DNA from: Octopus vulgaris | Lineage: Eukaryota | Length of the DNA: 64,000 bases | Direction: 5' to 3' | Assembly: GCA_951406725.2 (NCBI GenBank) | Contig: OX597828.1 | Span: forward strand, 36,580,001-36,644,000 | In this document: positions 1 to 13,281 of the stretch, one piece after another | How positions within the stretch are numbered: the first letter of the stretch is position 1 | How the letters are laid out: every line of letters begins with the position of its first letter | Notes under the pieces: model-generated | The model's input: only the letters and a program-made list of their open reading frames with translations | What the model was told of the DNA's origin: nothing | Databases searched by the model: none | Position numbers and translations under genes: made by a program

Positions 1-257
1 AAGAATTTTTAGTCAAATGAATCAACCCCAGTACTTAGATTATTCTTTTAAACCTGGTACTTATTCTATCACTCACTTTTGCTGAACTGCTAGGTTACAG
101 GGATGTAAACACACAAACACCACTTGTCAAGTTGTGTTGGGGCACAAACACATATATAAAAACAAATGCACATATATGTGTGTGTAGAAGCGCTGTGTGG
201 CTCACCCACACTTAACAAGAAAACTTCTCACACATCCTACCACAACAGACCAAACTA

Positions 258-507
258 TTCGGTTGGTGCAAAATTATTGCAACTTTTTTTCAGCAAATTT
301 TATTCAACAAAAACAATAACAATATTTAACAAAAACATCTTTAAATGAAAGTCTGGCTGCCTGCCAAGCAAATGGGAAGCAGTAATTGAAGTAGATGGTG
401 AATATGCTCTGGAATAATCATTTAAAGATGCTTTGTTACACGTTGTTATTGCTTTCGTTGAATAAAATTTCTTGACAAAAAGCTGCAATAATTATGCACC
501 AACCCAA
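258..507 (+). mobile_element. Internally deleted mariner (MITE-like)
   Basis: TA-flanked TIRs ttcggttggtgcaaaattattgca / tgcaataattatgcaccaacccaa; internal transposase C-terminus LPSKWEAVIEVDGEY. Confidence 0.85.
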
Positions 508-2219
508 TATATCTCTTCTCTTCCTCACATTTCCACTTCATGCACTATGCTTACCTCCCAGTCCCAATCCTGTCCTCTTGGCCCCGTGCCACTGTATCAT
601 TGCTTTCTGCTGGCCCCCGACCTGTGTGTCCCACTCACATGTAACAAGGAAACTTTTCATTCACCCTACCCCAACAAACAAACCAACCTACATCTCCACA
701 TCTCTTCCTCACATTTCTTCCTCCATACATTATACCTAGCTCTCACTCCCCAATCCTGTCCTCACGGCCCTGTTCCTCTGTATCGTTGCTATCCAGTAGC
801 CCCCCACCCAACTCTATATATACCCAAGATTTCATCCCCCCCATCCTTTGCATTCTTTAATCACACTTCCTTCGCAATATCCTTCCACTTATATTGTGGT
901 GCTTGATCCTTAGGGTATGCCCTGGAACTTGCCACCATCGATATCTCGCTCTTCCTTTACTCAACCATCCCATTTATATGTCGTTTTTGAGTATGTCTGG
1001 CATTTTGCCACCATCTCTATCCAGATGTCTCCCACTTTCTCTCTCCTTCTCCTGCACTTCCCTCAGGTTGGGTAACCATGTATTTCCTTTGTGGTAGCGC
1101 ACCTGTTTCTGTCTTCATTTCTCTCTCTCTCGCCGGGTAACCCTGTTCTTCCTCTACAACAAGACACCTGTTTCTGTCTCTCTCTGTCTCACTATAACCT
1201 TTCATCATTTGACACAAGATCACCTCCTCCAATGCCCCTTCCCCTCTTGAAAGATTTCCTTTTTTTTGTTTTGCAAGTACTTGGTGACGCTGTCAGTGCA
1301 GGTACCACTTAAAAGCACCCAGTCCACACTGTAAAGTGATTGGTGTTTGGAAGGGCATCCAGATTTAAAAACTTCACCAAAACTGACCTTGTCTGTGCTT
1401 TGTGACATGTAAAAACTCTAAGTCCACTCTGCTGGGTCGTTGGTGTTAAGAAGGGCATCCAGCTGTAAAATTCCTGCCAAAACAGTTACAGTAGTCTGGT
1501 GCATGCTTCTACCTGGCCAGCTCTAGACAAACCATCCCACCCCTGCTAGCACTCAGAATGTAAAGATAGATGAAATGCCTCTAAGTATTTTGTCTAGTAT
1601 GCTAACAATTTTGCCAGTTAGCCACTTTAATAAAAAGAAGAGTAGGAATTATAATGGAAAATAAATAAGGAATCACAGAATTGGATGGGAGAGGTTAGAA
1701 TAACATGGCAGAGAGTAGAATAAAACAGAGATGATAGAATTAAGTGCTGAATAAAATGGAATCTGACAGAAGAGAACATGGCAGGATTACACAGAATAAA
1801 ATCAACAATTAATTAATACTGCATTCAATAGGATTTGAACTCACAACTTACAATCTAGCAATCTGAGTGTTCAGGATAACTTAATATGCATATATGTTTG
1901 TGTGTTTCTGTTTTGACCAAGGTCAGCCCTGGTTGAGCAGAGCTGTGCTTAAGGGCATTCTAGCCATAGCACTCCAATCTTTGTAGATACTGATTACATG
2001 GCTAAACTACATTATCCAAGATGTTCTTCATTTAAAAAACTTTTCTGTATGATAATAGAGTGTAATTTGGCTGCTATTGGCTGCTATTTCTAGCAGGTTG
2101 TGAAACAACATAAAGATTTCCCTCATTGGCTCACATGTGTGTGTGTGTGAGAGAGAGAGTTTTCCTCTTCACAGAAATGAAATTAGAAAGGCTACATGGT
2201 GAAACTTGGACATACGAAC

Positions 2220-2324
2220 CTGTTAACCTTCCCACTGCTTCCAAGACCAATAATCTCTATGACCTTCAGGTCGTCTTCTGCAATGTTTCCACATGCTAGA
2301 ATGTCTTTGATATTTTGGGCAGAG
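2220..2324 (-). CDS. MAP2K5: MAP2K5 coding exon 7 (start of kinase domain, Gly-rich loop); gene continues beyond the window start
   Basis: tattcccAG / GTTCGT, 105 nt: (R)SAQNIKDILACGNIAEDDLKVIEIIGLGSSGKVN(R) with GxGxxGxV; resembles MEK5 SSAELKKILANGQMNEQDIRYRDTLGHGNGGTVYK. Confidence 0.93.
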
Positions 2325-2963
2325 CTGGGAATAGAAACACAGAGACAAAGAATTTAAACAACAACAACAACAAAAACCCTTGTCTCATGGAACCAATCTC
2401 CAAACCATTCACCCACAACATACTCCAGACCATTCACCCACAACAGTTTCCTCACTGTGTCTTTTGTACCACAACTCAAAGGGCCATTGTTCTTTCGAAC
2501 TGGTTGCTTTTCTTTCTTTTTTGAAGGCTCACCTAATTCATCCTTCTCTTCTCTTTTCCCTTTATTGTGTCACCCCAACCACTAGACCTTACAACGCCGC
2601 CGCCGACAACGACAACAACAACATTTAATATCCATGTTCCATACTGGAATGAGTTGGAAATTTTGTCAGAATCTGATGGTTTCAAGGACCACAGTGTGCT
2701 CCATGGTCTACTTTGGTATGGTCTCGATGGCTGGATGCCCCTTCCTAATGCCAGCTGTTCTACAGTGCGTACTGGGTGCTCTTGTGATGCCATCGACACT
2801 AGTGAGGTCACTGTGTAGGTCGCAAGACTACGAAATATAGGTGGGGGTGGGAGGGAGGCGAGGGAAGCTTTATGTGAGGAGATGAAAGGTTAAAGTATGA
2901 AAGAAAGGGAAGAGGGAGGAAGCAAGCAGGTTTTCATAAGGGAGCTACATGGTTACTCACTTT

Positions 2964-3002
<39 letters not shown>

Positions 3003-3028
3003 TCAGTAGGAGCTGTATTGATCTAAAT

Positions 3029-3614
3029 TGGTGGTTCTCAACCACTTTTTGCCTAGAGGCCCCTTTGATTTCGATTTTACTCAGGTGGACCCCAATAACC
3101 ATTCTGTGTCTAAAAATAAAATCCTGTTACATTTTAAAAATCAAACATTATTAGGAATTGTATAAAAAAATTTGTTAGAATATTTTGTGTATTATAAGAA
3201 ATAGAACCAGTTTATTATACATACACAGGCACAGGAGTGGTTGTGTGGTAAGAAGCTTGCTTCCCAACCACATGGTTCCAGGTTCAATCTCACTGAGTGA
3301 CACCTTGGGCAAGTATCTTTTACTATAGCCTTGGACTGGCCTAAGTCTTGTGAGTGGATATTGTAGACAGAAACTATGTGTGTGGGCCTGTGTTTGTTCT
3401 CCCATCACTGCTTAACCACCAGTGTTGCTGTGTTTATGTCCCTGTAACTTAAAAAAATAAGTCGCAGGGTTCGGTTTGTTCGACTAAAACCTTTCAAGGC
3501 AGTGTTCCAGCATGGCCGAAGTCAACCGAGCAAAATGAGAAAAAGAATACAGTTTAACAACAAAATCTCGTATGGACCTCTCAGGGTTATAAGGACCCTG
3601 GTTGAGAACCACTG
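3029..3614. mobile_element. hAT (Charlie-type) MITE interrupted by a SINE
   Basis: Ends gtggttctcaacc / ggttgagaaccactg; flanks atctaaat / agcaaaat (6/8 match); SINE inserted at about 3228-3545. Confidence 0.6.
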
Positions 3615-3746
3615 AGCAAAATGATCCTGAAGGGCTTCTGTAGTATTGAAAAAAGGGCAAGGACACGATTCCTACAACTAAACCTGATCCTCAGAATCCA
3701 CCATCCCCACCCCAACAAAAGAAAAAAAACCCCAACAATAACAAAT

Positions 3747-3870
3747 GCAGAATTGGCTGTGTGGTAAGTGGCTTGCTTACCAATCACATGGTTCCGGGTT
3801 CAGTACCACTGCATGGCACCTTAGGCACCTTGAGGGTGGATTTGGTAGACGGAAACTAAAAGAAGACCAT

Positions 3871-3915
<45 letters not shown>

Positions 3916-4085
3916 GTTTGTGTGTCTGTATTTGTCCCCCACCATTGCTTCACAACTGATGGTGGTGCTTTTACGTCCCTATAACTTAGCGGTTCGGCAA
4001 AAGAGACCGATAGAATAAGTGCTAGGCTTACAAAGAATAAGTCCTGGGGTCGATTTTCTAGACTAAAAAGGTGGTGCTCCAGCAT
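3747..4085 (+). mobile_element. tRNA-derived SINE family A copy
   Basis: tRNA-like head (tggctgtgtggtaag...ggttcagt), internal (TA)n, conserved 3' body; same family at 3228, 5943, 12262, 13458, 22324 (+) and 35300, 41180, 61350 (-). Confidence 0.8.
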
Positions 4086-4131
4086 GAAATAAATAAAAGA
4101 ACAAAAGAATAAAACACAAACATTGGCTTAC

Positions 4132-4193
4132 CGTTTTTTTTTTGGTACATTCATAAGTCTGATAAAAGATACAGGAAGCTGACGCGTGTTTAT
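4132..4193 (-). CDS. MAP2K5: MAP2K5 coding exon 6 (linker)
   Basis: ttgttgtAG / GTAAGC, 62 nt: INTRQLPVSFIRLMNVPKKK + CG (phase 2); resembles MEK5 VNTR...SLKK. Confidence 0.85.
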
Positions 4194-4310
4194 CTACAAC
4201 AACAGCAAAAACAGAATCAACATTGACCACAAACACCAAAACAGAATCAAGTTTAATTATTAGTCATGAAATAGCGATTGCAAGCAGTTCAACAAGTGTA
4301 CAAACACTGG

Positions 4311-4938
4311 GGTTTTCCGAAAAATCCGTCCAGGGCTGTTAAACAGAAAAATCTATTTTACAAAACTGTTTTCCGTGCCGGTGGCACGTAAAATGCACCA
4401 ATCCAACCGTGGCCGATGCCAGCCTCACCTGGCACCAGTGCAGGTGGCACGTAAAAAGCACCCACTACACTCACGGAGTGGTTGGCGTTAGGAAGGGCAT
4501 CCAGCTGTAGAAACATTGCCAGATAAGACCGGAGCCTGGTGCAGCCTTCTGGCTTCCCAGATCCCCGGTCGAACCGTCCAACCCATGCTAGCATGGAGAA
4601 CGGACGTTAAACGATGATGATGATGATGATGATGTTTTGTGGCTTAAATAATTGCCCACCTATAATAAGTGCCCATGGGCGGTAATATGGAAGTTTAATA
4701 GCACTAAATTTTTCACAAATGGTATATGATCGTTGAACACGTTTTGATATATTTTCTTTTGGCTCCATTATTGGGAATAAAAACCCTTTGAATTTATCTA
4801 CAGACATAGAGCAAATGAATGTCTAAACAGAATGCAAGCAAGAATATGAATTCTGTTTCAACTTTTAACCACAAATAACCACCCATCCAAATAAACGCCC
4901 ATGGGCGATCTTTCGGATGGACGGATTTTCAGAAAACC
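4311..4938. mobile_element. Unclassified MITE with about 20-bp TIRs, SINE inserted at about 4370-4632
   Basis: ggttttccgaaaaatccgtcc ... ggacggattttcagaaaacc; no clean TSD. Confidence 0.5.
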
Positions 4939-5755
4939 TTGGCACTAATTGCTTACATTGACACAGGGGTGCAGATTTGTAGGGGGCATTACTGCTACTT
5001 ATTCTATTCACAACTCTTCATCCTCTTCTTCCACTACAAGACAGGTAAGGCGGTCAATCCAAATGCAAGATTTGAACTCAGAACTTGAAAAGATGTAGGA
5101 CAATGGAGTAGGACATGTTGTCCAGTGCATTAAAGATTCCGTCACTGACCATTTCCTGCCAACACCTGTCTTCGGTTGATAAATTTGATCACCTGATGCA
5201 CTGACCTATCCTCTTCCTCCTCCTCCTCATCGTCATCATCATCAACATCAACAGCATTGTCTTAATGTTCACTTTTCTATGCTTACATAGATAGGATGAA
5301 ATTTGTTGAGATAGATTTCCTACAGCTTGATGCCCTCACCTGTTTCTGACCAACGTAATGCTTCTCTCATGACCAGACTTGTTTCCACAGAAGTTTGGAA
5401 ATGAAAAACACTGCTTGTATGAAAGAGACACTCATTTATAACAATTACACAATGTCAAAGCAAGGAGAAAGTAACATACACACACACACACACACACAAT
5501 GTATACATCATCACCATCATCATTGTGTTTGTTAGCATCATGCAAAATTTGTAGAAGCAGATTTTTTACAGATTTCTACTGGCAAGCCTCACCTGTTTCC
5601 AAGCAAGGTAATATTGCTTGGCCAAACCGGTCTTTCTTCTAAATTATGTCATTGTAAGGAAAAAAAATTTTTTTAATATTCTTCAGACATATTGACACAA
5701 ATATATATATTTTTTAACCTTTAAGCCTTCTGTAGTTTTTTCACTTTTTACTATT

Positions 5756-5796
<41 letters not shown>

Positions 5797-5887
5797 CATA
5801 CACATACATATATATATCCAACCCATGCTAGCCTGGAAAACGGACATTAAATGATGATGATGATGATGATGATATAAATATGTGTGC

Positions 5888-5931
<44 letters not shown>

Positions 5932-6094
5932 ATATATGTGCTGGCGTGGCTGTATGGTAGGAAGCTTGTTTCCCAACCACATGGTTCTGGTTTCAGTCCC
6001 GCTGTGTGACACCTTGGGTGGATGTCTTCTACTGTAGCCTCAGGCTGACCAGGGCCTTGTGAGTGGGTTTGGTAGATAGAAACTGAAAGAAGCT

Positions 6095-7025
6095 TGCTGG
6101 TGGCACGTAAAAAGCACCCACTACACTCTCAGAGTGTTAGGAAGGGCATCCAGTTGTAGAAACATTGCCAGATCAAATTGAAGGCTGGTGCAGCCTCCTG
6201 GCTTGCCAGTCCCCAGTCAAACTGTCCAACCAATGCCAGTATGGAAAACAGACATTAAACAGACATCGTTTAGCGTCCGCTTTCCATGCTAGCATGGGTT
6301 GGACAATTTGACTGAGGGCTGGTGAACCAGATGGCTGCACCAGGTTCCAATCTTGTTCTTGCAGAGTTTCTACAGCTGGATGCCCTTCCTAACGGCAACC
6401 ACTTCGAGAGTGTAGTGGGTGCTTTCACGTGCCACCGGCATGGGAGCCAGTCAGGCGGTACTGGCAATGACATCGCTTGAATCTTTTTTACACATGCTAC
6501 CAGCACAGGTGCCAGTAAGGTGATGCTGGTAACAATCACGCTCGAATGGTACCTTTTACGTGCCACCGGCACGGAAGCCAGATAGCCGCTCTGGCAATGA
6601 TCACGCTCGGATGGTGCTCTTAACACCCTACTAGCACGGGCTCAAGTGCCAGTAAGGCGACGCTGATAACGATCACACTCGAATGGTGCCTTTTATGTGC
6701 AACTGGCTCATGGATATATATATGTATATATATATCTATAATATAAATTGGACATGGTCGATCGTTGTATTCTTTCTTGTCTTGAGGTTCACAGCCAAAT
6801 CTTTTCTGGTGTCACACAACTGGCACCAGTGCCGGTGGCATGTAAAAGCACCTATTACACTTTCAGAGTTGTTGGCGTTAGGAAGAGCATCCAGCCTTAG
6901 AAATCATGCTGAATCAGACTGGAGTCTGGTGCAGCCTTCCAGCTTGCCAGCCCTGGTCAAACTGTCCAACCCATGCCGGCATGGAGAATGGAAGTTAAAT
7001 GATGATGATGATGATGATGATGATA
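6095..7025. mobile_element. Cluster of three family D repeats ((GAT)n-tailed SINE/RTE-tail type) in alternating orientation
   Basis: aaaagcacccactacactc...ggaagggcatccagctgtag...ggacgttaaacgatgatg motif at 6095-6260 (+), 6266-6700 (-), 6825-7025 (+); also near 1290, 4370, 7563, 9170, 11250, 14465, 51590 and 62055. Confidence 0.8.
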
Positions 7026-7207
7026 CACACACACACACACACACACAAGCTGTGCAGGGCTGCATGGAGCTTAAATATCAGCTTTGTCATGGTTTCATAC
7101 ACACCCATTCTGTTCTCCTGCCTGATTGTAACATGCATTCTCTCCCACCCCGCCCTCTCTTTCTCACACACAGTCACCTTAGTATAGCATATTTCAAAAG
7201 TACTTAC

Positions 7208-7248
7208 TGTTAAACCATGGATATTTCGGTGCTGTGGAGACTTACAAA
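7208..7248 (-). CDS. MAP2K5: MAP2K5 coding exon 5
   Basis: gttttctAG / GTAAGT, 41 nt: (V)CKSPQHRNIHGLT; resembles MEK5 ACKPPGERNIHGLK; phases fit both neighbours. Confidence 0.93.
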
Positions 7249-8162
7249 CTAGAAAACATGAAATTAGAGAAAGAAATATGTCAAGTGGTTTTAAATGTAG
7301 AGAATTTTATACACTATATTATATTAAAAGATGCTGCCGAAAAATTTAATTTGACCATAACTGCATGAGAGATGAATAGAGCCATAGCTTGTTTTTCTCC
7401 AAAGACTTTTGTCTCCTTGAATTCACACACAGGGTAACAGGGACGCAACTGATAAGTGCCAGGGTATATCCCCCATGGCAGGTATGCAGAGTGTATCTCC
7501 AGAACCCACTCATGCTTTGAGATACTCTGGCAAGTTGGACTGTAGACCGTAAATATGTGAAGCATCATCATCATCATCATCGTTTAGCGTCCGCTTTCCA
7601 TGCTGGCATGGTTTGGACGGTGCAACTGGGGTCTGGGAAGCCAGAAGGCTGCACCAGGCCCAGTCTGATCTAGCAATGTTTCTACGGCTGGATGCCCTAG
7701 TGCTACAGTGAAGAACTGCTTAACATTTTCTTTCCTGTATCCCAAGTTAAGGGGTTAGACTTCCTTTTTAAAGTTTACAGGTTTTAGGCATGAGATCACG
7801 GCCATACTGGGACACTCACTTCCAAAGTTTTAGTAGATAGCATCAATACTGGTACTTAGTGCAGTTTGGTACTACAACTTACTTAAAACAATCCATCCAA
7901 AAAGCTTCTCCACAGTTTCCACTTACCCAATTTCACTCACCTGAATTGGTTCTGAGACAGGGATATATAAAAAAAAAAACCCCACCAATCCAAGGTACCA
8001 CACAATAGCATTGAACATGTGACCTCATGATTGCAAAATGAGTTAACTACAGATAAAGACATAACAATAAAAAAGGCTGTATCACAACAATCAGAAGGCA
8101 TTGTTAAAATCAGCAGTGACAGGATTAACTTCAGAAGCAAGTAACATAAGTGACAATCATAC

Positions 8163-8232
8163 CTTTTGGATAAACAATAAGAGGAGGTAGAAGGCCACGG
8201 ACCAAATCTTCTTCTTTGAGGCTGTTGAAATA
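8163..8232 (-). CDS. MAP2K5: MAP2K5 coding exon 4
   Basis: tctttacAG / GTATGA, 70 nt: YFNSLKEEDLVRGLLPPLIVYPK + G; resembles MEK5 YYSTVMEQQVNGQLIEPLQIFPR. Confidence 0.9.
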
Positions 8233-10397
8233 CTGTAAAGAAACAATAAGGTTAATAAGATATTGTAGATCTGGTCTTGTTGGAAATAACACATAAAAAT
8301 AAAACAAAAAGAGAAAAAGCTAAGGGCTTATCAGAAAGTGTACTGTTGGAACAAGTGCAGTTTTTCTTGGAGGCAGAGTTAGCAATTATGAGCTCCAGGT
8401 GAATGAAGTTGGGCACTATTGAGTATACTCCATTTGATACTGGGTGACAAGTTACTGTGGTAACTGAGTCTCTATATGAGGTGGGACAAAAGAATTGGAG
8501 CTTTTCCTGTTCTTACATCTGAAGGGGTGCATATGCTGAGAGTATCTCCCCTTGAAGTCATTGGTCATTGTGGTTGTATAGTGTTTTGTAATATCATTGG
8601 GTGATGTGAGGGTGTCTCTATTGGCCATGACCTTTGAGAGGCAGTAATACTCCTAGTGGACAGTTGGCAGGATTTCAACAATTGCAAAGGTGAGTACTGA
8701 TTACAAATTGCATGTTTGTTTCTATAAAAACATGCAATATTGGAAGCAATGTTATCTATACTTGATGGTACTGCCTTTTTTGGAATGCCAAATATGCACT
8801 GATAACTAAGTGGCATTAATGACCAGCTTTAACACTTGAAGTGTTTCCACTCATTATCTGCTGCTGCTGAATTATTAGTACTCCAACATGACCAGAAGTA
8901 ACCAATAGGGGTTGAATTCTCTCCGCAATAAAGAAGCTATTTTGTTTTTTTTTCCCTACTTTGTTGTTGAATCTCTGTTGTTGAATCACATCCACAAAAC
9001 TTTATGTAAGATGAGGATCTAAGTGAATCTTTTACTCACAATGAATATAAGCTTAACTATATGAGTTGTATGCTACTTCCATTTAGTTGAGATGTCTGAT
9101 GCCTTGCTGTACTCAAGAAGACCTCTACTCCACAGCAGAAATGTTAAGACCAGTCTCTCTGGTGGTGTAAAGCACCCATGTGGCTTCCACACAGAAGTGC
9201 CTGTCCAGTGCCATGTAAAAGTGTCCCTGCAGTGCCACATAAAAGCATCCATGTGGTGCACTTAAAAACTCCTATGTAGCACCATGTATAAGAGCCCAGA
9301 ACACTCTTTAAAGTGGTTGGTGTTAGGAAGGGCATCCAGTCATAGAAACCATGCCAAATCAGACTGGAGTCTGGTGCAGCTCCTCAGCTTTGGTCAAACC
9401 GTTCAGCCACCATGGATAATGGATGTTAAATGATGATGAGGATATATATATATGTATGTATGCATATGAATACAAAAGGGATTAAAGTATCCAGGCAGAT
9501 AGTGATAAAGCACTCAGTTTTAAATGAATTTGGTTAACAATATCAAACAATCAGATACCAGTAAATGCAAGTAGATAGAGAAAAATTACATCTTTAATAG
9601 TAGAATTCACCATACGAAGCTGACGATTATTTCTATTGCATCAACATATTTAGATACAGAAAATGTCATTCAAATTAATATACCTGAAAATATATGTTAA
9701 CACAATGTTTTCAAGGCAATCCAAACTTAGGTAAATTCAAAGTGAACTAAGGAAATATTTCCAGTACACGAACACATACAAAAAGAACGCTAAGAAGGAA
9801 TACAATCTGGGAAAAGTTATTTTTGTATGCAACTGTTTGTGATGTCAGTGGATAATGAAATCATAATTGAAAAATATATGTACAGATCCTGAAAAAGTTA
9901 ATTTACTCCCACCTCCTCCATGTAGGCAAAATTGATACCATTTTGTGAACCTTGTTCTAGACAGATGTTTTGACAAGGACTAGGGACCCATCACTTCCCG
10001 TGTTCTTACTGCTTGCCTGAGCACCATTTCAAGTATTTCTGTCCCTTTATTGATCATCAATTTTTAAATATTTTTGTGTCTCTGTATACGATAGTTTCAT
10101 GCTAGTATCCACGAGTTTCAACACAGCTGGACTATGTTTTTCAATGAGATGTTCCTTGTAAGACAGTAGGATATGATTTGAGGAAAATTTAGCTTTTATT
10201 TCTAATGGCTCCCCTACTGACCTGTGCAGTCTTGGGATTCAGAGCCTGTTCTTCCTTATTGAGACAACAAAAACCAACATAAAAGCAACAACAGCATCAA
10301 GTGCTTCACCTCACCAAGAATAAGGAGGGACAGTCATGGCTGGTAGGCTTTTGATCAAACAACAACAACAACAATAAGAAAAATAAATTCAACTCAC

Positions 10398-10465
10398 ACT
10401 AGTCAACATAGTCTGCAGCTCATCATCACTGCGAACGGTGATTCTTTCACCATCTTCATCATCAT
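10398..10465 (-). CDS. MAP2K5: MAP2K5 coding exon 3 (PB1 acidic OPCA motif)
   Basis: ccattccAG / GTGAGT, 68 nt: (Y)DDEDGERITVRSDDELQTMLTS; resembles MEK5 YEDEDGDRITVRSDEEMKAMLS. Confidence 0.95.
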
Positions 10466-10839
10466 CTGGAATGGAAATGAAAGTATAGAAAAAAGTGGAG
10501 GAGAAATGTAGCTAAGGATATGTGTATGTGTATGCATATGTTTATGTATTTCTTTGTGTGTGTGTGTGTGTGTATGCATGCGAGCGTCTTCATACATGTT
10601 TTAAGAAAAGAATTTTTGTGTCTTCTGAGGTGGCGGAAATGTGAAATCTTTTAGAAATGGACCTGTGGGAAGTTGTTGCATGATAAAATGATTTGAACTT
10701 GGAACCAGGAAGGCAAATCAGTTCGTCTGATGCTGTTTCCTTGGCTATTTCACTGCCCTAGTAAATAATAAACATTACACATTCGTAATAAAATTGCTTG
10801 TTTCTATTAAATGCAACACCAAAATTAAAATTATCAGTC

Positions 10840-11160
10840 ACCTGTGCTGTTGCCATGTAAAAAGCACCCTTGCAGGTACCACATAAAAAGCACCTATGCT
10901 GGGCCATGTAAAAAGCACCTGTGCAGGTACCACATAAAAAGCACCCCTGCTGGTGCTACATAAAAGGCACCCATGCAGGTACCACATAAAAAAGCACCTA
11001 TGCTGGGTCATGTAAAAAGCACCTGTGCAGGTACCACATAAAAAGCACCCCTGCTGGTGCTACATAAAAAGCACCTGTGCAGGTACCACACAAAAATCAC
11101 CTCTGCTGGTGCTATATAAAAAGCACCTAAGCTTGGCCATTTAAACAGCACCTGTGCTGA
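10840..11160. repeat. Minisatellite, about 25-26-bp unit (aaaagcacc-nntgc-wggt-rccacata), about 11-12 copies
   Basis: Tandem units with a 4-unit higher-order pattern; unit resembles the 5' part of family D. Confidence 0.85.
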
Positions 11161-12261
11161 TGTCAGATGGAGGTGGGTGCAAGTAGTTGAGAAGGAGAGT
11201 ATCAAGATTAAGGACAAGATGGATAAAGTTCAAGAAACATATCCATCGTCATCATCATCATAATTTAATGTCTGTTTTCCATGCTGGCATGCGTTGGATG
11301 ATTTGGTTACTGCTGGCAAGGTTCCAGTTGTGTGTCTTGGCTTGGCTTCTACAGCCCTTCCTAATGCTGACCACTTTAAAGAGTGTACCAGGTGCTTTTT
11401 ATGTGGCACTGGCACTGGTACTGTGCCAGCACAGGTGCCTTTCTTTATAATCAAACTGATCATCTCACCTGTTACTTCATTTATTAAACCCTTTTCACAA
11501 GGCTGACCCTGGGAGATGAAAGGTAAAACCAAGTCCAAAGTTTGAAGAGAACTCACAACAACGAGATACTGAAGCATGAGGCACAACACTATTTTGTCAA
11601 AGCAATCCCAATCGTTATGAGGCATCCTCTTTACTGCTGCTTGATCTGTTTGTCATAGCAGTCAAGTCTCCCTCAAATCGCACCTCTAATGTTTTTAGAA
11701 AGGAACGCTACATTGTGTAATGTAATTCCCGTTCACCTCCGCGTCATTTTAATATCCACATTCCCATCCTTGCATGGGCTAAATGGAATTCATTGAGGCA
11801 AATTTCCTATGGCCAGATGATGCCCTTCTTGTCATCAAACCTCATCTGTTTCCAAGCAAAGGTAACGGTTCCACAAGGCTGGACATATTTTCAGGGAAGT
11901 TTCAAAATGAACGACAAAGTTTATTTTACCATGTCTATTCAAGAGATGTAGCAGTGTGGGGGGTGGAGGTGACAAACAAATATCAGTCAATAAATATATT
12001 GGTTTCAAGTTTTGGCACAAGGCCAGGAATTTTGGGGGTGGGGTTTAGTTGATTAAATTGACCCCAGTGTTCAATTAGTCCTTAGTTTATCAAGCCCCAA
12101 AAGGATGAAAGGCAAAGTTGACCTTGGTGGATTTGAGCCCAGAACGTGCAGATGAAATACCACTTCGCATTTTGTCTGGTAGGCTAATGATTCTGCCAGC
12201 TTGCCACCTTAAAATCAATAAAGATATTCAAACACCTGCTTTGATAATTATTTGGTATCTT

Positions 12262-12418
12262 AGGCACAGGAGTGGTTGTGTGGTAAGTAGCTTGCTTACC
12301 AATCACATGGTTCTGGGTTCAGTCCCACTGTGTGGCACCTAGTGTTTTCTACTATAGCCTAGGGCTGACCAGAGCCTTGTGAGTGGATTTGGTAGATAGA
12401 AACTGAAAGAAGCCCAGC

Positions 12419-12476
<58 letters not shown>

Positions 12477-12640
12477 TTGTGTTTGTAACCCCACCGTCAC
12501 ATGACAACAGATGTTGGTATGTTTAACCGATAGAATAAGTACTAGGCTTACAAAGAATAAGTCCTGGGGTCGATTTGCTCGACTAAAGGTGGTGCTCCAG
12601 CATGGCCGCAGTCAAATGACTGAAAGATGTAAAAGAATAA
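12262..12640 (+). mobile_element. tRNA-derived SINE family A copy
   Basis: ggcacaggagtggttgtgtggtaagtagcttg head; (TA)n(TG)n middle; gcatggccgcagtcaaatgactgaaa tail. Confidence 0.85.
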
Positions 12641-12875
12641 AAGAAAAGAAAGAAACGATGTACTGCTAACTACAGCGGTAACCCACGAGCTGTTTTGTCC
12701 CCCCCCGCTACCCTCTTTCTCATAGCCACTAAACTGAGAACGTCCGACAGAGATCATGATTACTGCCTTTTCACCACTCGTTAAGCAAAAGGCAAAAAAA
12801 AAAAAAAGAAAGTTTGATTAATGATTAATCGTTTTAAGAAAAGGAGAAGGTTGTTCAAGAAGGGAGACAACTCAC

Positions 12876-12924
12876 AATCAAATGCTGTCAGTGATTTATT
12901 CTGTAACACGTTACCGATCACTTC
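12876..12924 (-). CDS. MAP2K5: MAP2K5 coding exon 2 (PB1)
   Basis: cttccacAG acceptor, GTGAGT donor, 49 nt: EVIGNVLQNKSLTAFD + T (phase 1); resembles MEK5 DVIGQVLPEATTTAFE. Confidence 0.92.
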
Positions 12925-13281
12925 CTGTGGAAGATAAGACAAGAGAGTTAAGAGAAGGAATGTACACGCAGCGTATATTAGAGTATTCGAAGTGATTAGT
13001 AGTATAATTAATATAATGGCGATCATTCGGTACTAGTAACATAACTGTCACTTATAAACCCACGCGGGTTTATTTACATTTCTAAAGAAAAGAGATACCC
13101 TTCACCCCACCCCTAATCCTAACCCCACATATATAAAAAAATAAAAAATTTACGGAAAGTGACGATCTTCTTCAAATGTAAACAAATACACGTAATGTAA
13201 ATGGGACTCATATCGAAAGAATGCCAATTTCTATTTGTTCTTCATTCGTTTATTACTGTTCTTATTCTAACTCATGTCCAT

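Noticed and set aside
1-2219. Next MAP2K5 exon (AxK lysine motif)
   Set aside because: No matching phase-2 exon found by eye; it presumably lies outside the window
8163-9669. Signal-peptide ORF MTFSVSKY...KKKIWSVAFYLLLLFIQK from an alternative frame
   Set aside because: Stops within the next exon; the other frame matches MEK5 and stays open across all exons
10840-11160. CRISPR-like array of about 26-bp units
   Set aside because: No unique spacers and no cas genes; it is a tandem minisatellite related to a SINE segment in eukaryotic DNA
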